Shown here piece after piece: positions 24,995 to 32,000 of a stretch of 32,000 nt of DNA; within the stretch, counting starts at the first letter, position 1; each line of letters starts with the position of its first letter. Origin of the DNA: Bdellovibrionales bacterium (GTDB lineage Bacteria; Bdellovibrionota; Bdellovibrionia; Bdellovibrionales; UBA1609); assembly GCA_963692945.1 (NCBI GenBank), contig OY843585.1, positions 390,001 to 422,000 of the forward strand, read 5' to 3'. Position numbers and translations under genes: made by a program. The notes beneath the pieces were generated by a model, which did no database searches, was not told the DNA's origin, and worked only from the letters and a program-made list of their open reading frames with translations.

Positions 24995-26040
24995 TTCAGA
25001 TAACCTCTCTTGATTTGATCTCTTTCTATAGCGTCAAAAAGAGCTTGAAAATTTCCTTCACCAAAACCTTCATGGCCATGTCTTTCTATCACTTCAAAAA
25101 AAATAGGACCAATAACATTTTTTGTGAAAATTTGAAGGAGATAAACTTTGTCGTCTCCATCAGCAAGAATTTGGTTGGATTCTAAATCTTTTATATCTTC
25201 TTTTATGGAAGGGAGCCGATCTTTTAAAACTTCATAATAGGTTGAAGGAATGTCTAAAAATTTCAGACCTTGTTTTTTTAAATGATCAATAGTGTGGACC
25301 ATTTTTTTAGTTAAAAGAGCAATGTGTTGAATGCCTGGTCCGTTGTATTCATCTAAATATTCTTGAATTTGAGATTTTTTGCCAGCTTTATCATTGGATG
25401 GTTCATTGATGGGAATATTTATAGTGTTGCAAGGGGATTGCATAACTTTTGAAACCAATCCTGTTTTTAAACCTTTAATGTCAAAATATCTTCTTTCTGT
25501 AAATCCAAAAATGGTAGAATAAAACTCACTCCAGTGATTCATTTTTCCAGAAGGTACATTATTTGTCAGATGATCCACTGATAATAATCTAGGATTTTCT
25601 GGAGATTCATTAGTAAAAGAAAATTTTTTGTTCCAGTGATTGTTTTCTTTTTGATAGTCTTCCACAAAATAAATCAAAGAATTTCCTACACCATATAGAG
25701 CTGGAAAACTATGGCTTGTTGTATCTTTTTCAACAGGTTTTGCTCCTAAGCTAATAGCAATGTCTAAAACTTCTTGTGCTGGAATATTCACTCTAAAACC
25801 TATAGAACAAACACAAGGTCCTTTTCGTTCTTTCATAAAATCGGAAGCAAAACTATCTTTTTGTTTGTTGATAACAAAGTTGCAATCTCCCAACTGAAAC
25901 AGTTGGACATCTTTTGTTTTATGAGAAGCTGTTTGTATAAAATCAAATTGCTGGAATAAATTTTTTAATTTTTTTGGTTCAGGACTAGCGTACTCAATAA
26001 AGTCTATTCCGTTTAAAGGAATTTTTGGAGTGGCTTTCAT
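24991..26040 (-). CDS. hppD: 4-hydroxyphenylpyruvate dioxygenase
   Basis: GIQHIAL, YLLQIFT and IFFEVIERHGHEGFGEGNFQALFDAIERDQIKRG are classic HPPD C-terminal motifs. The ORF track starts at GTG 26043; ATG 26040 is the adjacent alternative. Confidence 0.93.
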   Translation of the reverse strand: MKATPKIPLNGIDFIEYASPEPKKLKNLFQQFDFIQTASHKTKDVQLFQLGDCNFVINKQKDSFASDFMKERKGPCVCSIGFRVNIPAQEVLDIAISLGAKPVEKDTTSHSFPALYGVGNSLIYFVEDYQKENNHWNKKFSFTNESPENPRLLSVDHLTNNVPSGKMNHWSEFYSTIFGFTERRYFDIKGLKTGLVSKVMQSPCNTINIPINEPSNDKAGKKSQIQEYLDEYNGPGIQHIALLTKKMVHTIDHLKKQGLKFLDIPSTYYEVLKDRLPSIKEDIKDLESNQILADGDDKVYLLQIFTKNVIGPIFFEVIERHGHEGFGEGNFQALFDAIERDQIKRGYLK

Positions 26041-26048
26041 CACGAGGA

Positions 26049-26076
26049 ATTATAACAAAGCTTTTGATTTTTACAA
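26049..26076 (-). promoter_or_regulatory. putative strong promoter of hppD-hmgA, implying a leaderless or near-leaderless mRNA
   Basis: Minus strand: -35 TTGTAA (26076-26071), 16-nt spacer, extended -10 TGTTATAAT (hexamer 26054-26049). Only 5-8 nt separate the hexamer from GTG 26043 / ATG 26040, and there is no SD. Confidence 0.4.
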
Positions 26077-26210
26077 GATTTTATATTAGCGGGGATTGAT
26101 TTTATATATAGAATTTAGAAAAGTTAAAGTTTCCTACTCATTTTATCAACTTGCTTAGGAATCGCTTTTTTAAAGAATGTAAAAAACTTGAGTGAGAATT
26201 TTACAATATC

Positions 26211-26849
26211 TTAGTTTAGGGCATCCGGTTGATTTTCTGGGAGTGCTTTTTGAAAAGCAGGGAGTGCTAGGCAGTTTTTTTCAATTTGACTTAACACTGG
26301 AAAAAGACTCATATCTATTTTAAATCTTTTAGCATTGTAGATTTGAGGGATTAAAAAAACATCGGCACAGGTTAGAGTTTCACCAAAGGCAAATGTTTTG
26401 GCTTTGGGTTTTAAAAGATTTTCTAGAGAAGTGAATCCTTTTTTTATCCATTTTGTCGCCCATTCTTTTTTATCCACTTTTAAATTTTCTTCTAGATGAT
26501 TGAGGACAGAAAAATTTTGAAGGGGTTGAATAAAACTATTGATAATCTCACAAACAGAGAGGACTTCAGCTCGCAAAAAGGTTTTTTGAGGTAATAAAGC
26601 AGGTTTAGGCCAAATCTCTTCTAAATAAAGGATTATAGGAAGGGATTGAGATAAGACTTTATGATTATGTTCTAGACAAGGAACTTGAGAAAAAGGATTT
26701 ATTTTTTTAAACTCTTCTTTGTATTGTTCTCCTCCAGATTGGACTAAGTGAATGGCTTTGTAAGTGAAAGGGATGTTTTTTAAATAAAGGGCAATGCGGA
26801 CACGATAAGAACAAGAGGATCGGAAATAACTATACAATTTGACTTTCAT
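26211..26849 (-). CDS. maiA: maleylacetoacetate isomerase (zeta-class GST)
   Basis: LYSYFRSSCSYRVRIAL is the zeta-GST signature; NP..QVPCL; 212 aa; pathway context. Confidence 0.9.
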   Translation of the reverse strand: MKVKLYSYFRSSCSYRVRIALYLKNIPFTYKAIHLVQSGGEQYKEEFKKINPFSQVPCLEHNHKVLSQSLPIILYLEEIWPKPALLPQKTFLRAEVLSVCEIINSFIQPLQNFSVLNHLEENLKVDKKEWATKWIKKGFTSLENLLKPKAKTFAFGETLTCADVFLIPQIYNAKRFKIDMSLFPVLSQIEKNCLALPAFQKALPENQPDALN

Positions 26850-26913
26850 TATTTAAGAAGTAGTTATAAAAAGATCATTGGTCAACATTTTTAATAGAGA
26901 AAAGGAGAGAAAA

Positions 26914-27888
26914 ATGAAGCTAGGAAGTTTAAAATCTGATTCACGAGATGGTCGCCTTGTTGTGATTTCAAAAGACAATAAAAAAATGGTTTCTGCTAAG
27001 GCGATTGCAGATCATTTGCGTTTAGCCATTGAGAATTGGTCACAGGTCAAAAACGATTTGGAAAGTTTGTATCAACAATTGAATGCAGGAAAAGTTAAAT
27101 CTGAAAATGTTGATGAAAATCATTTTTTATCTCCCTTACCGAGAACTTTTCAATGGATTGATGGGTCTGTTTTTATTCAACACATTCGTTTGGTGCGAAA
27201 ATCTAGGAAAGCTCCTGTCCCAGAAACTTTAACAACCATCCCTCTTGTTTATCAAGGAACAGGGGATAGTTTTTTAGCTCCTAGGGAGGATATTCCTCAG
27301 TTGAATGAATCTTATGGGACGGATTTTGAAGGAGAAGTTGGAGTTGTTGTAGATGATACTCCTATGGGAGTCACACCAGAACAAGCTTTAGACCATATTA
27401 TTTTATTTGTTTTAATCAATGATATTTCTCTTAGAGGTTTAGCACCTGAAGAGCTCAAAAGAGGTTTTGGTTTTGTTCAAAGTAAACCTTCTTCTAGTTT
27501 TGCTCCTTTTGCTGTCACTTGTGATGAGCTAGGTCAAGCTTGGAAAGAAGGAAGAGTCCATTTACCTTTATTAGTAGATTTTAATGGTCAATCTTTTGGT
27601 AAAGCTTTTGCGGGAGAAATGCATTTTCATTTTGGACAAATCATTGCTCATTGTGCTCGGACAAGGCGATTGACAGCAGGAACTATTATTGGAAGTGGGA
27701 CTGTTTCTAATGAAGATCTTTCTAGGGGTAGTAGTTGCTTAGTAGAAAAAAGAACCCTAGAACAAATTGAGACAGGAGTGCCAAAACAGCCTTATATGAA
27801 ACCAGGAGATCAAGTCACTATTAAAATGTTAGATACTGAAAATCAAAATATTTTTGGAACTATTTCACAAAAAGTCATTTCTGTGTGA
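26914..27888 (+). CDS. fumarylacetoacetate hydrolase (FAH) family protein, probable fumarylacetoacetase
   Basis: Start moved to the ATG at 26914 behind AAAGGAGAG. MKLGSLKSDSRDGRLVVISKD is the typical N-terminus of the ~325-aa FAH family, with a FAH fold region ..DFEGEVGVVV..NDISLR.. It is divergent from maiA and completes the pathway. Confidence 0.8.
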   Translation: MKLGSLKSDSRDGRLVVISKDNKKMVSAKAIADHLRLAIENWSQVKNDLESLYQQLNAGKVKSENVDENHFLSPLPRTFQWIDGSVFIQHIRLVRKSRKAPVPETLTTIPLVYQGTGDSFLAPREDIPQLNESYGTDFEGEVGVVVDDTPMGVTPEQALDHIILFVLINDISLRGLAPEELKRGFGFVQSKPSSSFAPFAVTCDELGQAWKEGRVHLPLLVDFNGQSFGKAFAGEMHFHFGQIIAHCARTRRLTAGTIIGSGTVSNEDLSRGSSCLVEKRTLEQIETGVPKQPYMKPGDQVTIKMLDTENQNIFGTISQKVISV

Positions 27889-27899
27889 TAAAATAAGTT

Positions 27900-28331
27900 A
27901 TGATCAAGTGGTTAAAAAATAAAAAAAATCACTTCCCTTTGGTGGCTCTTGTTTTTTTACTTCTATTGAGTTGGATTTATTTACAAAAGACTCAAGAAAA
28001 TTCAAAGGAAGAACTTCATGGATCACTTCAAGAAAAATTTCAAATGGTTATTTCTAACTATGTAGAAAAAAGAAATCCTCATATTACAAGTATTACTTTT
28101 CATAAGGTTTGGACAAAAAAGACGACTTCTCCAACAGATATAAAAATCTTTTTCACTTACTCTTTGGTTACAGAACAAGAGGCTGGAGGTCACCTTCTTG
28201 CAGATGGAGAAGCTCTTTTAAGTCAGTCTGTTGAAGATGAGAATCATTGGATACTCAATAACTTTAAAGTTACAAATAGTTTCTTAGATTTTTCTGAACC
28301 TATGATCATTAAAGCTTTTCCTGAAAATTAA
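27900..28331 (+). CDS. hypothetical membrane-anchored protein
   Basis: 143 aa with an N-terminal TM/signal anchor FPLVALVFLLLLSWIYL. No recognised motifs. Confidence 0.5.
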   Translation: MIKWLKNKKNHFPLVALVFLLLLSWIYLQKTQENSKEELHGSLQEKFQMVISNYVEKRNPHITSITFHKVWTKKTTSPTDIKIFFTYSLVTEQEAGGHLLADGEALLSQSVEDENHWILNNFKVTNSFLDFSEPMIIKAFPEN

Positions 28332-28334
28332 AAA

Positions 28335-28356
28335 GGTTAAGCCCTAGAGCTTAACC
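28335..28356. terminator. bidirectional hairpin terminator between the 143-aa CDS and rnpB
   Basis: ggttaagc (28335-28342) / gcttaacc (28349-28356) with a 6-nt loop. On the minus strand it is followed by tttttaatttt (good terminator for rnpB); on the plus strand by ttt then an A-run (weaker). Confidence 0.6.
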
Positions 28357-28374
28357 TTTAAAAAAACCATCTTT

Positions 28375-28703
28375 TACAGGAAAAACGATAAGCCGGATTC
28401 TGTCTTTCTTTTTCCGATGGTGAGAAAAAAGAGAAGTAATCATCCATCTTGGAGTTTTGTTACCAAAACCCTCTTGCGATCCACCCGAAAGATAAAACTG
28501 TTGGCAGCAGTATGTCTTTCTTATTTGATCTCGCTCCCTATAGAGTTTAGCTGATTTCACCCCAGCCAAACCTTTTGGTTTGCTGGGTATTCTTTCTGTT
28601 CCACTTTTCCTCACCTTTCGGTGGAAGGGTGTTACCCTTTATATTGCCAAAGGAGTCCGGACTTTCCTCTTTACTAAAAAGTAAAGCGATCACTTGTTTT
28701 TCC
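28375..28703 (-). ncRNA. rnpB: RNase P RNA, bacterial type A (ends +/- 10 nt)
   Basis: Minus strand contains GAGGAAAGTCCGGACTCC (P4 5' strand), GGTAACACCC, GTGGAACAGAAAGAATACC, GGGGTGAAATCAG, GGTAACAAAACTCC, CAAGATGGATGATTAC and ACAGAATCCGGCTTATCG (P4 3' strand), in the same order as E. coli M1 RNA. Terminal P1 pairing ggaaaaac (28703-28696) / gtttttcc (28386-28379). Confidence 0.92.
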
Positions 28704-28743
28704 AATTTTGAATGTAATATAAAAAGAATTAAAATTCAATCTT

Positions 28744-29169
28744 TTAATAGGTGTTTTTATCAAGAGCCTCATTGGCTAAAGCATCTGCTTTGGAGTTTTT
28801 CTCTCTTCGTATATGTTCAAAAGTGTATTTAGGAATTTGAGTGAGGAGTTTTTTACAGGTTTCAAAAAGAGGTTTTATATTAGGTGATTTAACTTTATAT
28901 TCTTTATTGAGTTGTCTTATAAGTAATTCACTATCAGAAAAAAGATGCATGTCTTCCACTTTATTTTTAATAGATAATTCAAGAGCATAGATAACGGCTT
29001 TGTATTCCGCAAAGTTATTGGTGTTGTCAGGTTCTAAATATTGGCCTTCTTCATAAAGGATTTCTTTGTTGGAATTAAGGACATAAATCCCTAAAGCACA
29101 ATGGCCAGGATTGCCTCTACAGGCTCCATCTGTATAAATAAAAACTTTTTTTGTCCAAGGTTTAATCAT
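28744..29169 (-). CDS. rnhA: ribonuclease HI
   Basis: 141 aa with IYTDGACRGNPG, NNFAEYKAVIYALE, LFSDSELLIRQL and REKNSKADALANEA, the DEDD residue contexts of RNase H1. Confidence 0.9.
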   Translation of the reverse strand: MIKPWTKKVFIYTDGACRGNPGHCALGIYVLNSNKEILYEEGQYLEPDNTNNFAEYKAVIYALELSIKNKVEDMHLFSDSELLIRQLNKEYKVKSPNIKPLFETCKKLLTQIPKYTFEHIRREKNSKADALANEALDKNTY

Positions 29170-29209
29170 TGTTATTGGGCTCTATGAATCTTATGCTCCT
29201 GTTCGTTTA

Positions 29210-31273
29210 TTAGTCGGTTGCTTCGCATTTTTTCTGTCTTTTTTGAGGTATAGCTTGAGGTAAAGCGTGGGCTTTTCTATATAGATATTGAAAGCATTCG
29301 GTGCTATTTCTCAATGAAGGTATGTCTTCATATAGGATGTTTTTAAAAACAATATTTTCTATTTGAGGTAACCCTCTAGCAGCACTTAAAGCATGCAACT
29401 TAAGATGTACATTGGGTTGTTTGATATAGCTGATGAGAATTTCAGATTGTTTTTCAGGGGCATCAGAATATTGATTGGCTAATGTGTCTCGGATTGTATT
29501 GTGCATGCTGTCTTTCAGAGGTGTCAACCCTTTAACAGCTTTTGATAAATCGATTAAATGGTTTGTATTTTCAGAAGCATTGGATTTAATCAACTCTCTA
29601 ACAGCCAATTGAAATGAGATCTGTTTTTTTAAAATTGGTATTTTAGTATTTTTTAAATCTTCTATAACTTGGTTTGATATTTCTGTTGGATTAGAAAAAT
29701 GATGTTTTAGTTTGTATCTCATTTGTAAACTGAAGATTTCTGAAGAGGTTTTATGATCTATTGTTTCTATTTGGCCTATATCACTTGGAAAAAGAGTTTT
29801 ATTTTCCAACAGCTCTTTTGTTAATAATGGTTTTTCTGTTAATAAATTGTATTGAGAGAGTTGATCTATCGTTATAAGAGATATCATTCTTTTTTGATTT
29901 GTATATTCCTTTTCCCTTTCTTCTTTTTCTTTTTCTGTTTCCTTTTTTAATTCTTTTTTTGTTATATATATATCTTGTAACTTGCTGAAATTATTTTTTA
30001 AATCTTCAAAAACTTCTCCTAGATGTTTATCTATAAAAACTTTTTTAGCTTTTTCTTTAGATGGAGTGGAAGAAGGTATCTCTTTATAAAAATTTATAAA
30101 ATCTACTTTTTCTATGGAGCCTACAACAGGAGATTTGATTCTTTCTTCAATGACTTTAGAGAAAGTGTCTTCTTTAAAAATTTTATTCAACTGCTGATGT
30201 AATTTTTTATCTTTTTTGCTAGAAAAAGCCCATGTTTCATAGATGTTATTAAAAAGTAGGTGAGAGTATTTAAGCTTATTGCTATCAACTTCTTCATCTT
30301 TTTCATTGATTTCTTGTAGTGTAGCTATAATTTGTTTTCTAGCTTTGTCTTTGTCCTCTTTTGAAGATTGAGGATTTTCTAAAATTTGTTTGTTTTGAAT
30401 CAGCTGGCATCCGTAGTTGTAAACATCTGTATAGTCATGGTTATCAATAGCCTTGGCGTTTTTACTATATGATTTCTTTTCCCAAGCTTCTATTGATGAT
30501 ATATCACAATAATCAGTGCTTCTAAGCAATTGGTTTAAACCTTGTATAATAGTATCTTTTTTTTGAGAGCTTGGGTTTAGCTGTTTTAAAGATGCACTTA
30601 CATTGTAAATATGATCATAGATTAAAGAGCTATCTGATTTTTCCTCATCAGTAGGTGCTTTGTTATGGAATCCATAAATTTTAGTATTAGGAAACATTCT
30701 CAGATAGCGTGAGCTAAGAGGAGTTAATTCGTTAATAGAGGCAGAGTAAGATTGTTGAAACATAACAAAATCAGAAATATCGTGTGTCTCAGAGAATCGA
30801 GCGACTTCAGAATTATTATTTTTTTTTGGGATTGTGTTTTCTCCAGTTCTGACTGGTTCAAGGTATTCGTCCGTTGCAGTATTACATCCGAGAAGCCATA
30901 GAGATTTTATATGACTAAACCAATCCCTGTATTCTTCTTTACAAGAGAGTTTTTCCATATCTTTTAAGAAGAGTTTCTTTTTGCCATCTGTCCAATCTCC
31001 TAGATGATGACCTGATAGGATAAGACCATCACATTTAATCCCATCTTCTTTTGTTTTTTTTATCATTCTTTCAAAAGCTTTTTTTCCAAGTTCTCCTTTT
31101 GTTTCTCCCGCATAGAAATTGATAACATTGGCTTTCTTTTTTAATTTATCAGAAAGTTGTTTTTTATTTCTTTCAGATTTTTCTTTATTTAAATAAAATT
31201 GACAAATTGTAGGAGTCTCTGTGGTTGCTTTTATGGGAGTAAGGAATAGGAATAAACTAAATAAAATAACCAT
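29210..31273 (-). CDS. large secreted hypothetical protein with an N-terminal clan-CD-like His/Cys motif pair
   Basis: Signal MVILFSLFLFLTPIKA. CDGLILSGHH (H89/H90) and KSLWLLGCNTA (C130) each follow a hydrophobic strand about 40 aa apart. The remainder is Lys/Glu-rich and helical with no recognised domain. Confidence 0.55.
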   Translation of the reverse strand: MVILFSLFLFLTPIKATTETPTICQFYLNKEKSERNKKQLSDKLKKKANVINFYAGETKGELGKKAFERMIKKTKEDGIKCDGLILSGHHLGDWTDGKKKLFLKDMEKLSCKEEYRDWFSHIKSLWLLGCNTATDEYLEPVRTGENTIPKKNNNSEVARFSETHDISDFVMFQQSYSASINELTPLSSRYLRMFPNTKIYGFHNKAPTDEEKSDSSLIYDHIYNVSASLKQLNPSSQKKDTIIQGLNQLLRSTDYCDISSIEAWEKKSYSKNAKAIDNHDYTDVYNYGCQLIQNKQILENPQSSKEDKDKARKQIIATLQEINEKDEEVDSNKLKYSHLLFNNIYETWAFSSKKDKKLHQQLNKIFKEDTFSKVIEERIKSPVVGSIEKVDFINFYKEIPSSTPSKEKAKKVFIDKHLGEVFEDLKNNFSKLQDIYITKKELKKETEKEKEEREKEYTNQKRMISLITIDQLSQYNLLTEKPLLTKELLENKTLFPSDIGQIETIDHKTSSEIFSLQMRYKLKHHFSNPTEISNQVIEDLKNTKIPILKKQISFQLAVRELIKSNASENTNHLIDLSKAVKGLTPLKDSMHNTIRDTLANQYSDAPEKQSEILISYIKQPNVHLKLHALSAARGLPQIENIVFKNILYEDIPSLRNSTECFQYLYRKAHALPQAIPQKRQKKCEATD

Positions 31274-31496
31274 TTTCTAATGATAACAAAAGCTCTTGAG
31301 ATTTTTGAAAAGATAAGTTTTTTTTAAGGAAAAATAGGCAGAAAGTCTTAAATGTTTCTAAATGAAAAAGAGACTTTATCTTACAACACATACTTTTAAA
31401 CAAATAAGAGACAAACTGAGTGACTTTCTTCTTTCTTTTCTTTTGAAAAATTGATATAGAAACATAAGTTTTTATAGGATAATACTAGGGGTTTGG

Positions 31497-32000
31497 ATGA
31501 AAATTTTTAAAGTTTGTAAAATAAAATACTGGTTTGTATCTATTTTGTTTTTTTCTACAATTGGCTTGGCTCAAGAAAACCCTCTTATTTACTCTAAACA
31601 TTGGTATGGAAATAGGCCTTTGTCTAAAGGAAGTGATAAAAAAGAAATGCTATTGATTTATGATTTATTTACAGTTTCTTTTGATGCCAATAAAAAATTT
31701 GCAAGATGGCTAGCCTACCAATTGTCTCCTAATGTGGTGTGGGGCTTTTTGAAAGAGGAAAGATTTTTTAAAAAAGACTTGCATCTTTTAGACAATTCTC
31801 ATGCAAATCTTGCACTAGGTTCTAAAGTTTATAAAGGAGCGAATCAGTTTAATTATGAAAAGGGGCATTTAGCTCCTTTAGGTTCTTTTAAGGCTTCTGC
31901 TTTCTCTTATCAGTTACAGTATTTAAGTAATATTGTTCCTCAAAAAAGAAGTTTAAATAGAGGGCCATGGAAACATTTAGAATCAAAAGTCAAAAAATTT
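31497..32000 (+). CDS. secreted DNA/RNA non-specific endonuclease (Endonuclease_NS family), 3'-partial
   Basis: Not in the ORF track because it is open at the window end. My translation from the ATG at 31497 reads MKIFKVCKIKYWFVSILFFSTIGLAQE (signal)..FARWLAYQLS..NYEKGHLAPLG..SNIVPQKRSLNRGPWKHLES, giving the (D)RGH-like and N..PQ..N.G.W..LE motifs. Confidence 0.8.
   Translation, partial: MKIFKVCKIKYWFVSILFFSTIGLAQENPLIYSKHWYGNRPLSKGSDKKEMLLIYDLFTVSFDANKKFARWLAYQLSPNVVWGFLKEERFFKKDLHLLDNSHANLALGSKVYKGANQFNYEKGHLAPLGSFKASAFSYQLQYLSNIVPQKRSLNRGPWKHLESKVKKF

Noticed and set aside
22082-25959. ORF-track entries 22082-22366 (+), 22783-22995 (+), 23318-23623 (-), 24880-25185 (+) and 25774-25959 (+)
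   Set aside because: All are antisense to better-supported CDSs (secreted paralogs A and B, the 173-aa ORF, hmgA/hppD) and show no motifs.
26878-26913. TTG-initiated 12-codon extension of the FAH-family gene
   Set aside because: The ATG at 26914 is preceded by AAAGGAGAG at proper spacing and gives the family-typical N-terminus MKLGSLK..DGRLVV.
28351-28832. ORF-track entries 28351-28614 (-) and 28575-28832 (+)
   Set aside because: Both overlap the RNase P RNA gene (and the rnhA 3' end). The relatively GC-richer structured RNA region creates open frames by chance.

Overview
AT-rich bacterial chromosomal window. PilT, a lipobox lipoprotein and a type-A RNase P RNA point to a Gram-negative organism; a Bdellovibrionota/Oligoflexia-like lineage is only a guess. 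Positions 1-11.3 kb are conserved core: alaS (partial), recX and pilT on the minus strand; cinA/pncC-recA on the plus strand; tadA; then the rpsU-yqeY-dnaG-rpoD operon followed by tRNA-Met(CAU). Positions 11.3-16.0 kb hold two tandem islets with no integrase, bounded by three copies of the tRNA 3' end. Islet 1 carries a solo AlbA_2/Schlafen-HATPase_c_4 regulator. Islet 2 carries a secreted mini-ankyrin protein, a secreted glycine-zipper peptide and an AbiEi/AbiEii toxin-antitoxin pair with a palindromic operator candidate. Positions 16.0-16.45 kb are a non-coding array of hairpins showing a compensatory base-pair change. Positions 16.5-23.8 kb are an accessory block of secreted proteins: two more glycine-zipper cassettes (one broken in an A6 run), an S1 protease-Sel1 fusion, a lipoprotein, a metallophosphoesterase and tandem paralogous secreted proteins. 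Positions 23.9-27.9 kb encode the complete homogentisate pathway of tyrosine catabolism (hmgA, hppD, maiA, FAH). Positions 28.4-28.7 kb are rnpB, hidden under two artefactual ORF-track entries. It is followed by rnhA, a 687-aa secreted protein with a clan-CD-like His/Cys dyad, and a partial secreted non-specific nuclease. The best candidate for an undescribed system is the modular glycine-zipper secreted peptide family: a near-identical promoter/leader/signal-peptide module joined to divergent payloads. Its context is the adjacent hairpin array, the protease-Sel1 gene and the tRNA-Met islets. All product calls rest on motif recognition by eye; no database search was possible.
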